DNA of 64,000 bases, taken from NCBI GenBank assembly GCA_964395115.1, contig CAYMZX010000003.1, positions 14,111 to 78,110 on the forward strand. The letters run 5' to 3'. A model generated the notes under the pieces. That model ran no database searches, was not told where the DNA came from, and was given only the letters and a program-made list of their open reading frames with translations. Position 1 is the stretch's first letter; each line of letters starts with the position of its first letter. The translations under genes and the position numbers were made by a program. Source of the stretch: an uncultured Gammaproteobacteria bacterium (lineage in GTDB: Bacteria; Patescibacteriota; Microgenomatia; UBA8517). This document shows positions 28,668 to 37,638 of the stretch, piece after piece.

Positions 28668-29217
28668 ATATCTTGGACCGCTAGTTAAAAAATATGGTCC
28701 ATGTAAAATAAGACCAAGCAAAAAAGGAAAGTATTTTTCCACCTTGGTTGGGGCGATTATTTCTCAGCAGATTTCGAGTAAGGCCGCCGCGGCAATCTTT
28801 AGCCGGGTTAAAAAAGGACTGGATAGCAAGATTATTCCCGAAGAGATCTTGTCCACCAGTGAGACAAAATTTAGAAAATGGGGGCTCTCAAAACAAAAAA
28901 TAAACTACCTTAAGGATTTAGCCTACAAAATTGAGAGGAAAGAAATTGAAATAAAGAAATTAGACAGGCAAACCGACGAAGAAATACTTAAAAAGCTTGT
29001 TTCCGTGAAAGGTATCGGTCGTTGGACCGCTGAAATGTTTTTGATGTTTACTTTAGCCAGAAAGGATGTCTTTCCGGCTGATGATTTGGGGATACAAAAG
29101 GGAGTATCTAAATTATTCAAAAGAAATTATAAAATCCATGAAATAGAACAAATTTCTAAAAGGTGGAAGCCGTTTAGAACGGCCGCCTCGTGGTATATTT
29201 GGAAATTTCAGGATTAG
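28630..29217 (+). CDS. DNA-3-methyladenine glycosylase II (AlkA/HhH-GPD family)
   Basis: IISQQIS, VKGIGRWTAEMFLMF, DVFPADDLG, WKPFRT; likely start ATG 28630. Confidence 0.92.
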   Translation: MWKKAEKFLAKDKYLGPLVKKYGPCKIRPSKKGKYFSTLVGAIISQQISSKAAAAIFSRVKKGLDSKIIPEEILSTSETKFRKWGLSKQKINYLKDLAYKIERKEIEIKKLDRQTDEEILKKLVSVKGIGRWTAEMFLMFTLARKDVFPADDLGIQKGVSKLFKRNYKIHEIEQISKRWKPFRTAASWYIWKFQD

Positions 29218-29882
29218 TATTTTGGAAGTACTGAAAGCGGGTTAATCGGGACTCCATGATCACGGATTTCGAGATGAAGATGGGATCCGGAAGACTGGCC
29301 CGACGAGCCCATTTCACCAATAATTGTATCAGTGGTAACCTCTTGACCGGGCAAAACAGAGATTTTTGAGAGATGGGCATACAAAGAAGTAATTTTTCCT
29401 CCATGGTTAATGATAACTGTATTTCCATAGGCAAATTTTGATTTACCAATCATTTCAACCACCCCGTTTTTAATTGGGCGGATTTCATCTCCGGTTTCTC
29501 CATCAAAATCAAGGCCAGGGTGGAAAAGTTGATATTCCTGACTAATTCTAATCTCGCTGACAGGGTACTGTATGGCGCTTTTAGTAATTAATGGGCTGTT
29601 TGATTCTGTAATAATAACCTGTTCATTTTCAATGTTCGCCAGGCTATTATTAGGAATAAAAGTGCTGATCAAAAGAATTAAGGCTAAATTTGTACCTAGA
29701 AGTTTTTTGATTTTTCTACGTTCAAAAATGAGTCGGAAAAAACGGGAAAGTTTTTGACCCCTTCTGATATTTTTAATTTTCTCGAGATCGGGTAAAAGTG
29801 AATTATCTATGAAAGCCCCCCGCCTTTTTGAGAGCAGAATCTGGAGGCGGTACTTGGGAAACTGAAATGAGAACCTTATCAT
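29214..29882 (-). CDS. M23-family metallopeptidase, membrane-anchored
   Basis: HPGLD (HxxxD), YAHL, GSSGQSSGSHLHLEI (HxH). Confidence 0.92.
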   Translation of the reverse strand: MIRFSFQFPKYRLQILLSKRRGAFIDNSLLPDLEKIKNIRRGQKLSRFFRLIFERRKIKKLLGTNLALILLISTFIPNNSLANIENEQVIITESNSPLITKSAIQYPVSEIRISQEYQLFHPGLDFDGETGDEIRPIKNGVVEMIGKSKFAYGNTVIINHGGKITSLYAHLSKISVLPGQEVTTDTIIGEMGSSGQSSGSHLHLEIRDHGVPINPLSVLPKY

Positions 29883-29929
29883 TGTCGGGCAGGGGAAAAT
29901 ATAATCCAGAGTAGATACTTTGGATAATT

Positions 29930-29953
29930 AAAAAATCCCGCACTAGGCGAGAT
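29930..29953 (-). terminator. Intrinsic terminator-like hairpin downstream of tRNA-Cys
   Basis: Minus strand ATCTCGC-CTAGT-GCGGGAT followed by a T run. Confidence 0.6.
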
Positions 29954-29998
29954 GTGTCGCAATTATAACTTGTGAAATCGGAAATTGCAAATTTTAGG

Positions 29999-30070
29999 AG
30001 GCCGGAGCGGGAATCGAACCCGCGCATCGCGGTTTTGCAGACCGCAGCGTTTCCACTTCGCCATCCGGCC
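29999..30070 (-). tRNA. tRNA-Cys (GCA), CCA not encoded
   Basis: GGCCGGA/TCCGGCC acceptor stem, GCGGT-CTGCAAA-ACCGC anticodon arm, GGTTCGATTCC T-arm, U discriminator. Confidence 0.96.
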
Positions 30071-30162
30071 GTTGATAGGATTTATTTTATCTCAAAGTTG
30101 TGATTAATACAAAATAAAAATCTTGTCAGTTTAGCCAGCCTCGTGTTAAACTTGCCTACGCA

Positions 30163-31017
30163 ATGAAAAAGCTGTGGGGGGTTTTTCTGTTCGTCTTAGG
30201 TTTGGGATTCTTGTCGGTGGCCGGACTTTTTCTTTTGGGATATTTAAATCCAAAAGAGGCTGGGATTCTGATTGAAACGGACCCAGTCAGTCTTGTTTAT
30301 ATCAACGGCCAAGAGGTGGGTCAGACCCCCTTAGAATACAAAACCCGCCCCGGCGAAGCGACGGTCAAACTTGCCCCCCTCTCGGATAATTTTGCTTCCT
30401 TTGAGACAAAAATAACCCTAGTTCCAGGCGTTTTGACAATAATTCGTCGGGAATTGAAGGAAACCGAGGAAGACTCGGCGGGAGAAATAGTTTCCTTCGA
30501 GAAAATCGGCGGGAAGAAGGCAGAAATTGCCGTTGTATCTATTCCTAATTCAGCCGAAGTTTTCTTGGATGGCCATAGTCGCGGCTTTGCGCCGATTAAG
30601 AGTTCTACGGTCGCAGGAAGACACGAAATAAAAGTTTTCGCTACGAATTATCAACAGAGAGTTTTTGAAATAAAAACACTGGTGGGTTACAAAGTGACGG
30701 CGGTTGTCAAACTATCCCCGGCGGTTAAAGAAACAGAAAAAATACCACTTATCCAAGAAGAACAAACCCTAGTAGAGATTCTTTCTACGCCAACGGGTTT
30801 TCTGAGGGTCAGAGACAAGCCAGGATTGGCGGGAGTTGAAATTGCCCAGGTGGGGCCCGGCGAAAAATACCTCTTTTTGGGAGAGGATGAATTAACGGGT
30901 TGGTATAAGATTGAAATTGATAAAGACAGAGAAGGGTGGGTATCAAGTCAGTACGCCAAAAAGGTTCAAGGAATTTTATCTCCGACCCCAAGTCCCGCGG
31001 CTACGCCTAGCCAATAG
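30163..31017 (+). CDS. PEGA-repeat + bacterial SH3 domain exported protein
   Basis: VYINGQEVGQTPL and VFLDGHSRGFAPI (PEGA); FLRVRDKPG...WYKI...GWVS (SH3b). Confidence 0.88.
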   Translation: MKKLWGVFLFVLGLGFLSVAGLFLLGYLNPKEAGILIETDPVSLVYINGQEVGQTPLEYKTRPGEATVKLAPLSDNFASFETKITLVPGVLTIIRRELKETEEDSAGEIVSFEKIGGKKAEIAVVSIPNSAEVFLDGHSRGFAPIKSSTVAGRHEIKVFATNYQQRVFEIKTLVGYKVTAVVKLSPAVKETEKIPLIQEEQTLVEILSTPTGFLRVRDKPGLAGVEIAQVGPGEKYLFLGEDELTGWYKIEIDKDREGWVSSQYAKKVQGILSPTPSPAATPSQ

Positions 31018-31930
31018 TCGCCAAACCTCCATAGAAAATCCAAATAATCATAACTAACCATAGGAAAACCGAGGACATCAAGTATATATCAGTCAAGAGG
31101 AGTTTTTCTGGGGATTCGCTCCGGCCTTCAAAAATCAGGCTTTCATATCTCATTATTCCAAATATTGTGACGGGAATGGTAAACATAAGAAGTTTATTGA
31201 TAGTAGTAGTGCGAGATAATTCGGCCAAAAAGAGCCAGACAGGCAAGGAAGCCCGAGGGGACTCAAAGAAGGTAAATAGAGACCAACTCATCCAGGCGGC
31301 ATTCCCGAACATAGTGACATAAGAATTAAGAAGCTCTCTCTGGTAATGGGCCAGGCTTTCCCGGGTTATCCCTTCTTGAGGCAGTAAATTAAGCTCGGCC
31401 CTCCTTTTACCGGCAGCCAGGAAAAGAGAGACGGAGATAACACATAAAAGAAACCAGACTGAAAGATGGGCGTCAATGACAAAGGCGCCGGCATAAACCC
31501 TTATGATAAAGCCGGTGGCGATAATCAAAATATCAATGATCGCTATCTTTTTGAGACCGAGACTATAAAAAAACTGGAGAACCAAATAAGCAATAACGGC
31601 CCAAAAAAACAAGGGATTGAGAGTTTTGGCTAAAACCAGAGAGAAGAGGGTAAAAAGAAAACTGATTAAAATTGCGACTGGGGAGGAAATTTTTCCCGAT
31701 GCCACCGCTCTGAATTTTTTGATTGGATGCAACCTATCATATTTAGCATCCATAACGTCATTAAATGTATAAGAAGCGGAGGAGGCTAAACTGAATCCAA
31801 CAAAGGCCCAAAGAACTTTACTAAACAGAATTTCATTGAAAAGGTTTCCACTAAAAATGATGGCGGCGAAAAGGAAAAGATTTTTGATCCAATGAATTGG
31901 GCGGATGATATTTATTATCGAGCTAATCAT
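31007..31930 (-). CDS. UbiA-family decaprenyl-phosphate phosphoribosyltransferase-like protein
   Basis: IRPIHWIKNLF, YTFNDVMDAKYDRLHPIKKFRAVASG, AGKRRAE; likely start 31930. Confidence 0.88.
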   Translation of the reverse strand: MISSIINIIRPIHWIKNLFLFAAIIFSGNLFNEILFSKVLWAFVGFSLASSASYTFNDVMDAKYDRLHPIKKFRAVASGKISSPVAILISFLFTLFSLVLAKTLNPLFFWAVIAYLVLQFFYSLGLKKIAIIDILIIATGFIIRVYAGAFVIDAHLSVWFLLCVISVSLFLAAGKRRAELNLLPQEGITRESLAHYQRELLNSYVTMFGNAAWMSWSLFTFFESPRASLPVWLFLAELSRTTTINKLLMFTIPVTIFGIMRYESLIFEGRSESPEKLLLTDIYLMSSVFLWLVMIIWIFYGGLATIG

Positions 31931-33000
31931 CAATATTTTGGACGATAAGTAAGCCACAATATTAATCCTCCCAGAAGAACGGCAACCCCGACCATTGTAT
32001 ACATCTTGGTCGAAGCATTCAAATTAAGGGCCAAAATTCCCAGAAATGCAGAGATAAACCAATAAAATATGGCCACCCGTCTTTTGCCCCAGCCAATATC
32101 CAAAAGCCGATGATGTAAATGGCCGCGGTCGCCCCAGACGGGCGATTTTCCTGATAAAATTCGTCGCACAATAGTATATCCAGTGTCAATTAAAGGAACT
32201 CCTAAGACTACCATCAAGGTTCCCACCTTAGTCGTTGAAAGAATAGCCAAGACTGCTAATAAGTATCCAGCCAAAGTCGAACCTCCATATCCGGGCATAA
32301 TTTTTTGAGGATAAAAATTCCAAGGCAGGAATCCCAAGTAGGCACCGGCGGTTATAGAAGCCAGGATAATAACCGGCCATTGAGTGATGTCGGCCGAAAA
32401 TTTTAAAGAAAGAGCGGCGATAGTAACGGCCGAAACTACCACCACTCCCGGAAGTTGACCATCAACCCCCTTTGCACCCATATTAAGCATATTCATAATA
32501 AAAACTATCCAAATCAAGGCGAAGAGATCTGAGATTATCCAAATACTTCTTTGTTGTCCCCAAAAATTAAAACTTATCTGCGGCCGGGAAAGATCAATCA
32601 GGCCGTCGAAAGGGTTTGAAATATAGGCGATGCCGATTCCGGCGACGATAGGGATAGTGGCGGCGATAAATCCGGTCCCCAGTCTTAGATAAGGATTAAG
32701 GTCGTATTTATCGTCTAATATTCCGATGAGAGAAACAAAGGTTGCCCCGGCCAAAATTCCTACGACGTGCTTGTCTATTGGTAAGAAAACCAAAGAAATA
32801 ATACCGATGGCAAGAAAAGTAGCCAGTCCACCGGCCCGAGGGACGGGGTATGTATGAATAACTTTTGGATGTTTATGGACTTTGGGGTCGTCGATAATAT
32901 TAAATTTTCGAGCGAATCTAATGGCAAGGGGGGTAGTTAGATAAGCCAAAATCCCCGCCATTATACCCGGCAAAAGTGCCAATCTGATTATTTCCATCAA
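31930..33000 (-). CDS. MraY/WecA/TagO family polyprenyl-phosphate HexNAc-1-P transferase
   Basis: PVPRAGG, GILDDKYDL, NFYPQKIMPG, DRGHLHHRL. Confidence 0.9.
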   Translation of the reverse strand: MMEIIRLALLPGIMAGILAYLTTPLAIRFARKFNIIDDPKVHKHPKVIHTYPVPRAGGLATFLAIGIISLVFLPIDKHVVGILAGATFVSLIGILDDKYDLNPYLRLGTGFIAATIPIVAGIGIAYISNPFDGLIDLSRPQISFNFWGQQRSIWIISDLFALIWIVFIMNMLNMGAKGVDGQLPGVVVVSAVTIAALSLKFSADITQWPVIILASITAGAYLGFLPWNFYPQKIMPGYGGSTLAGYLLAVLAILSTTKVGTLMVVLGVPLIDTGYTIVRRILSGKSPVWGDRGHLHHRLLDIGWGKRRVAIFYWFISAFLGILALNLNASTKMYTMVGVAVLLGGLILWLTYRPKY

Positions 33001-33001
33001 T

Positions 33002-33343
33002 TTAAAAACTGCCCACCAAAAAGATTATTTTAAGGGTGGTAATATAGGCAAAAAAGGTTCCCGCCACGCCCCCAAAAATAATTATTTTTTTAAGGAAATC
33101 CTCCTGTATTTTTAAGGCAATTAATGAATTAATTAAGATAATCACTAACGATGCCAGGGCGGGAATCACCAGAAAAAAACTTTTTACAAGTTGGTCCTCC
33201 CCTTCGGCCAATCCATAAAAAAGGGGGACTACCGGAGGAAGAAATTTTTGACTGAGGAGAACGATTCCGGCAAGAACAGCATTTAGAATTACACAAACGA
33301 CAATAAGTCTTCGAAACGGCAGGTCGGCGAGCCCCAATTTCAT
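33002..33343 (-). CDS. Small 3-TM membrane protein (DUF1648-like)
   Basis: LPPVVPLFYG...GEDQL between TM helices. Confidence 0.6.
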   Translation of the reverse strand: MKLGLADLPFRRLIVVCVILNAVLAGIVLLSQKFLPPVVPLFYGLAEGEDQLVKSFFLVIPALASLVIILINSLIALKIQEDFLKKIIIFGGVAGTFFAYITTLKIIFLVGSF

Positions 33344-33387
33344 AAGAGACTAGCTTCAATTTTACTCGAAGGAAGAGAAAGGAGCAA

Positions 33388-34875
33388 TTAAATTGCCTTG
33401 ACGCTTCCCTTCAGCCGCCAAACTTCTGCCTCGTTAATATTGAAGATAAGCATATAAGATTTTTTTAGAAAAGACAAAAGTTGAGGAAATCCTCCAGCTT
33501 CAGGAAGGATAATGATGAATTTTGGAGGGTTATTCTCAAGAATTCTGACTTCTTTTTCTTTGGAAGAAAAATCGTTAATATGATAATCGGCGACAAATTT
33601 TCCCGGCGGAAGTCTTCTGGATAGAGCATAAACGGCAGAGGAATCGGGCCCCCAAACAAAGATTTTTTCCGAAGGATTAGTTGAGCTCGCAAGAAAACGA
33701 GCAATTTCATAATGGGTCGGAACTTGGCGGCCAAAACTGGCAAGGTACTCCTCTCGAGAGCTTTTGCCGACGGCAAATTTGATAAATCTTGAATAGTAGC
33801 CCGAAGTTGAATAATACCAAAACTTGAAATAAAAGGAAGCGAAAAAGACCAAAACAATGGGCAAGATGACCAACGATTGTTCTAGCGATTTTTCCGCGAA
33901 CAAAATCGCAAAGAGAAAAGAAAGTGGAGCGGCAATCTGAAGTAGATAATGAGGATAAGGGCGTTCGGAGAGAGTAGCGGCAAAAAGCCCGAAAAAGGTC
34001 CAAACAGTCAAAAATATGAATTTATTCGAAAGTTTCGACCTTTTTAAAAAAAGAATTGCCACTCCTACAGCCACGATACCCAATCGAATCAAAAGCGGCA
34101 GATTCCTAAGTGAGAATGGTTTGTTGATATCTTGGGGCCGCCAACTAGACAGATATCCGATATTTTGTAGGAAGGCTGCCCGAATATAATCGCCAAGATT
34201 GCCAGCCAAAAGAAACCAAGCAAGAGATATGCAAATTGGCACTAAAAAACCAGCCACCAAATAGAGTGATTTGGTGAACGTATCTTTCAAGGCTTCCTTT
34301 TTCAAGCCGGAGATGACGAGCCAGAAAACAATGATAACCAGCAAATCAAAGGCCGCTGGAATCTTAAATAGGGCGGCGATTCCGAAAAGAACACCGGCAA
34401 CAAAAATATCTTTTGAATAACCCTTTTTATCCATAAGAAGCAAGAAAGCGGCGACAATTGGGCCAATCATAAAGTTTTCAGCATTGGCAATGTTTCCTTC
34501 CAAAAGCGGAAGGGTCGTGAGAAGGGCAAAAATAACGACGGCAGTTTTTTGAACCTTAGTTTTGTTCGGGAAAAGTTTTTCAGATAGTTTCCAAAAAAGG
34601 ACTATGGTTGCCAGGCTCCAGAAAGCCAAGATTGTCTTAAACCAGAAAACGTTTCCAGCTAAAGCAGCCAGAAGATAAAGCAAAGGAGGCTTATTGTCAT
34701 AAATTCCTGAGTATAGAGGCAGTCCATGTTTTATTCCTTCTCCGACAGAGAGATAAATCATCTCGTCTCCGTAAGAAAAAGGTTCTAGAAAGGAGGGGAT
34801 TCTGAGGACTAAAACCAGGGCCAAAACGAGAATTATCCAACTAGGCAGATGAAGTTTATCTAGAAAGTTTTTCAT
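33388..34875 (-). CDS. GT-C superfamily glycosyltransferase (ArnT/PMT_2-like)
   Basis: After TM1 YGDEMIY...YDNKPPLLY; many TMs; likely start 34875. Confidence 0.85.
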   Translation of the reverse strand: MKNFLDKLHLPSWIILVLALVLVLRIPSFLEPFSYGDEMIYLSVGEGIKHGLPLYSGIYDNKPPLLYLLAALAGNVFWFKTILAFWSLATIVLFWKLSEKLFPNKTKVQKTAVVIFALLTTLPLLEGNIANAENFMIGPIVAAFLLLMDKKGYSKDIFVAGVLFGIAALFKIPAAFDLLVIIVFWLVISGLKKEALKDTFTKSLYLVAGFLVPICISLAWFLLAGNLGDYIRAAFLQNIGYLSSWRPQDINKPFSLRNLPLLIRLGIVAVGVAILFLKRSKLSNKFIFLTVWTFFGLFAATLSERPYPHYLLQIAAPLSFLFAILFAEKSLEQSLVILPIVLVFFASFYFKFWYYSTSGYYSRFIKFAVGKSSREEYLASFGRQVPTHYEIARFLASSTNPSEKIFVWGPDSSAVYALSRRLPPGKFVADYHINDFSSKEKEVRILENNPPKFIIILPEAGGFPQLLSFLKKSYMLIFNINEAEVWRLKGSVKAI

Positions 34876-36137
34876 TGAGCTCGTTCCATCCAAATAATTT
34901 TAAGGGAATCAAATATCTTTTCTTCTTTCTTAGTATATCCGGGTATTTGAATCTCCTCAATAGGGCCACTGGTAATAACTCCAAGGCGGTTAATTTTCTT
35001 GGGAAGAGTTTCTATGACATCATCGGGTCCCATAAGGGCGGTTCCGACATAGAAAGGAAGTTTGTCCCTTCCTTGGGGGACGTATAAGGGCGCCGGTATC
35101 CCGTAGTATTTCGCCTCCCAAAGATGGTGGGCGGCCGAGTTCCAGTTTATTAAAAAATCATCTCCTCGTTTCACCTCCTTTACATACGAAGAAAATTCTC
35201 GAAATGGTCGTTTTGTCGGGCGAGTAAAATAAATAAAATCTACCAAAATAAAAATGGCCAGAATAATGACCAAGATAATGTTAGAAATTTTTCTTCTCTG
35301 GCTCGCTGCCAAAAGCATAGCTGGCGGAATTGTGTAAATTAGATATCTATCATAAAAAAGGGGGGTAAATTTCTGGGATATTCCCCATGACAAGAAAACT
35401 GGTAATGTAGCCCAGAGGAATAGAGGTAATGATTTCCTGAAATTTAGACGCCAATTTCGTAAAGGAAGAAGAAACAGGCTTGCATTAAGATATTTGAAAA
35501 ACAAAAGAGCCAAATCTTTAAACGTCGGTTTTCCCAGCCAAAAACCGCTTTCAACAAGTTTTGTTTGTTTATACAGGGGTATCAACCAAGGGGAATAAAG
35601 AATTCCGACGACCAGAAAAACCTTAAGCATGGTCATTGCCAATTTTCTGTTACCCCCAAACAACTCTCCTAAAAAAAGAAGGGCCTGAACCAAAAGGGCG
35701 AAGAAACAGAAATGCTGAGTATAAAGAGCCATGGTCGTAGTCAAAATATAAAAGCCCCACCTTCTTCTTAGGAAGAAATAAAACGAAGCGGTAACGGTTG
35801 CCACCAGAAGAGAATACATTCTTCCCTCAAAACCATAGGTAAACAAAAAAGGATTAAAAAAAGTAAGAAGGGCGGCAAGTATGGCGGTTTTTTTATCCCA
35901 AAAATACCCCCCTATTTTATAGGTAAAATAAACCGCCCCTAAAAGAAATAAAAAAGCCAAAATCCTAATAGAGACCTCGCTGGCGCCGAAAAGTCTAAAC
36001 CAAAGACTTTCCAGAATATTAAACAAAGGCGGATGCGGCTCATTGGTGGAAATTTTGATTATCTCGGGAATTCCCTTCAAAGAAAGAATAGCGGAGAACG
36101 CCTCGTCCCCCCAAAGGCTGGCAGTAAATTGATTCAC
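34872..36137 (-). CDS. GT-C superfamily glycosyltransferase (GT39/PMT_2-like)
   Basis: SLWGDEAFS, EPHPPLF, EGRMYSL, DRYL. Confidence 0.85.
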   Translation of the reverse strand: MNQFTASLWGDEAFSAILSLKGIPEIIKISTNEPHPPLFNILESLWFRLFGASEVSIRILAFLFLLGAVYFTYKIGGYFWDKKTAILAALLTFFNPFLFTYGFEGRMYSLLVATVTASFYFFLRRRWGFYILTTTMALYTQHFCFFALLVQALLFLGELFGGNRKLAMTMLKVFLVVGILYSPWLIPLYKQTKLVESGFWLGKPTFKDLALLFFKYLNASLFLLPLRNWRLNFRKSLPLFLWATLPVFLSWGISQKFTPLFYDRYLIYTIPPAMLLAASQRRKISNIILVIILAIFILVDFIYFTRPTKRPFREFSSYVKEVKRGDDFLINWNSAAHHLWEAKYYGIPAPLYVPQGRDKLPFYVGTALMGPDDVIETLPKKINRLGVITSGPIEEIQIPGYTKKEEKIFDSLKIIWMERAQ

Positions 36138-36144
36138 GTTTTCA

Positions 36145-37635
36145 CTATACCTTTTCGGTTACCCGATATTCAATATATTTCCCTAGCATAAGGCGGGTAT
36201 GGGCGTCGAGACCGGGGAGGGCGGTGAAAAAAAAGCCGGCGATTGGCATAAGAATAAATTCAAATGGGGCAACGAGGGCCTTCCAAAGAGGAACCTCCTT
36301 TGGCCTTTTTGGTTTATAGAAATTATTGATAATTATCATTATTACTAAGAAGCCGAGTGCTACAGTCAACACATAAGAAGAAAGTCGGGGGACGGTATAG
36401 CCGAGGGTAGTTTTGGCAAAAGCGGGGTTTAAAATTGAGGGGATAGTTAATCCTAGCGTGATAATAAACCAATTGACGGGCCACATAAAATGAGCCCAGA
36501 GAGCGTATATTAATCGCATGGTCTTGTCCCAAAAGGGGACCCCGGGCGTTAAAAAGTAATTTTTTATTATCCAGGGGTCATCCGAAACGCCCCAGGCCCA
36601 CCTTTTGTATTGTTCGTATTGATTTTTTAATGTTTTCAGTAAAGAGGTCGATTGAGGCGCATCCGCATGTAGTGGTAGATAAATGGGTTCAACTTCGACC
36701 CCTCCCCGTTTTTTGTAATAGGCCTTAAAGAAGATTCCCCAATCTTCCGGAATTTTATCTGGGTCCCAGTAATCAACCTCATCAAGGAGTTTAAAAGAAA
36801 GAGAGTAGTTTTGCTGGTTGATGAGCCGGTCTTTTCTCGACAATTGGGAAAGATTCCAGATCGAAGAGATTGTGTTGGGAACTCGCGTAATGGCCGGCAA
36901 TTCCCAGATATTGTTGTAAAACATCACTGCCGGTTGCCAGAAATATCGGTAACGATTTGGATTATCAAGGAATTTAAAAGTCAGACATGAGAAGTGTTTG
37001 GGATGATACACGTGGTCGGCATCACAAGAGGTGATAGTTAAATAATTTATATCGTACAATAGTTCGTCTATAAGTTTTTTCTTAGCCCAAATACCAGCAT
37101 AGCGTTCATTAGAAGCCTTTCCTACAACCTCGCCGGGCCCCAGCCTATGGACAGTTACAAAGAAATGGCCGAAGGTTTTACCGAATTTTTTGGTGAGAGC
37201 CAGCGCTTTCCCAAGTCTTTGTTCTTTTTCCTCCTTCTCTTCCATTGCCAGAATTACAATTAGCTGTTTTTTGGGAAAATCCTGCCTGGCTAATGAGGTA
37301 AGTGTTCTTTCCAGGATATAAAGAGGTTCTTTATAGGTGGGGACAATAATTATGTGGTGGACCTTTTTCCAGTCAGAAAATGGTTTGAGATCCCCAAGCC
37401 AATCATAACTCAAAGAAGCCTGAATTTTTAAATGGGAGATAAAGGCGGCGAGAGCTATTTGAAGAGACTGGTAAAACCAATAGATATTAAAAGCAAGAAC
37501 GAAATAAGCAACTACATTAGGAATTATAAAAATTCCCCAATAAGGAAAAAGAATAGCGTTCCAAGAAAAAAGACCGGGGAGAATTTCTAAGAAACGGTGG
37601 ATGAGTTTATCATGCTTTACGAAAAGGTTCCTCAT
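36145..37635 (-). CDS. Membrane GT2-family (processive-type) glycosyltransferase
   Basis: VPTYKE, GKASN, CDADH (DxD), IPED, QYKRW (QxxRW). Confidence 0.85.
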   Translation of the reverse strand: MRNLFVKHDKLIHRFLEILPGLFSWNAILFPYWGIFIIPNVVAYFVLAFNIYWFYQSLQIALAAFISHLKIQASLSYDWLGDLKPFSDWKKVHHIIIVPTYKEPLYILERTLTSLARQDFPKKQLIVILAMEEKEEKEQRLGKALALTKKFGKTFGHFFVTVHRLGPGEVVGKASNERYAGIWAKKKLIDELLYDINYLTITSCDADHVYHPKHFSCLTFKFLDNPNRYRYFWQPAVMFYNNIWELPAITRVPNTISSIWNLSQLSRKDRLINQQNYSLSFKLLDEVDYWDPDKIPEDWGIFFKAYYKKRGGVEVEPIYLPLHADAPQSTSLLKTLKNQYEQYKRWAWGVSDDPWIIKNYFLTPGVPFWDKTMRLIYALWAHFMWPVNWFIITLGLTIPSILNPAFAKTTLGYTVPRLSSYVLTVALGFLVIMIIINNFYKPKRPKEVPLWKALVAPFEFILMPIAGFFFTALPGLDAHTRLMLGKYIEYRVTEKV

Positions 37636-37638
37636 AGA

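Noticed and set aside
29999-30070. tRNA-Cys as integration site
   Set aside because: No duplicated tRNA 3' end or integrase noticed; flanks are ordinary genes
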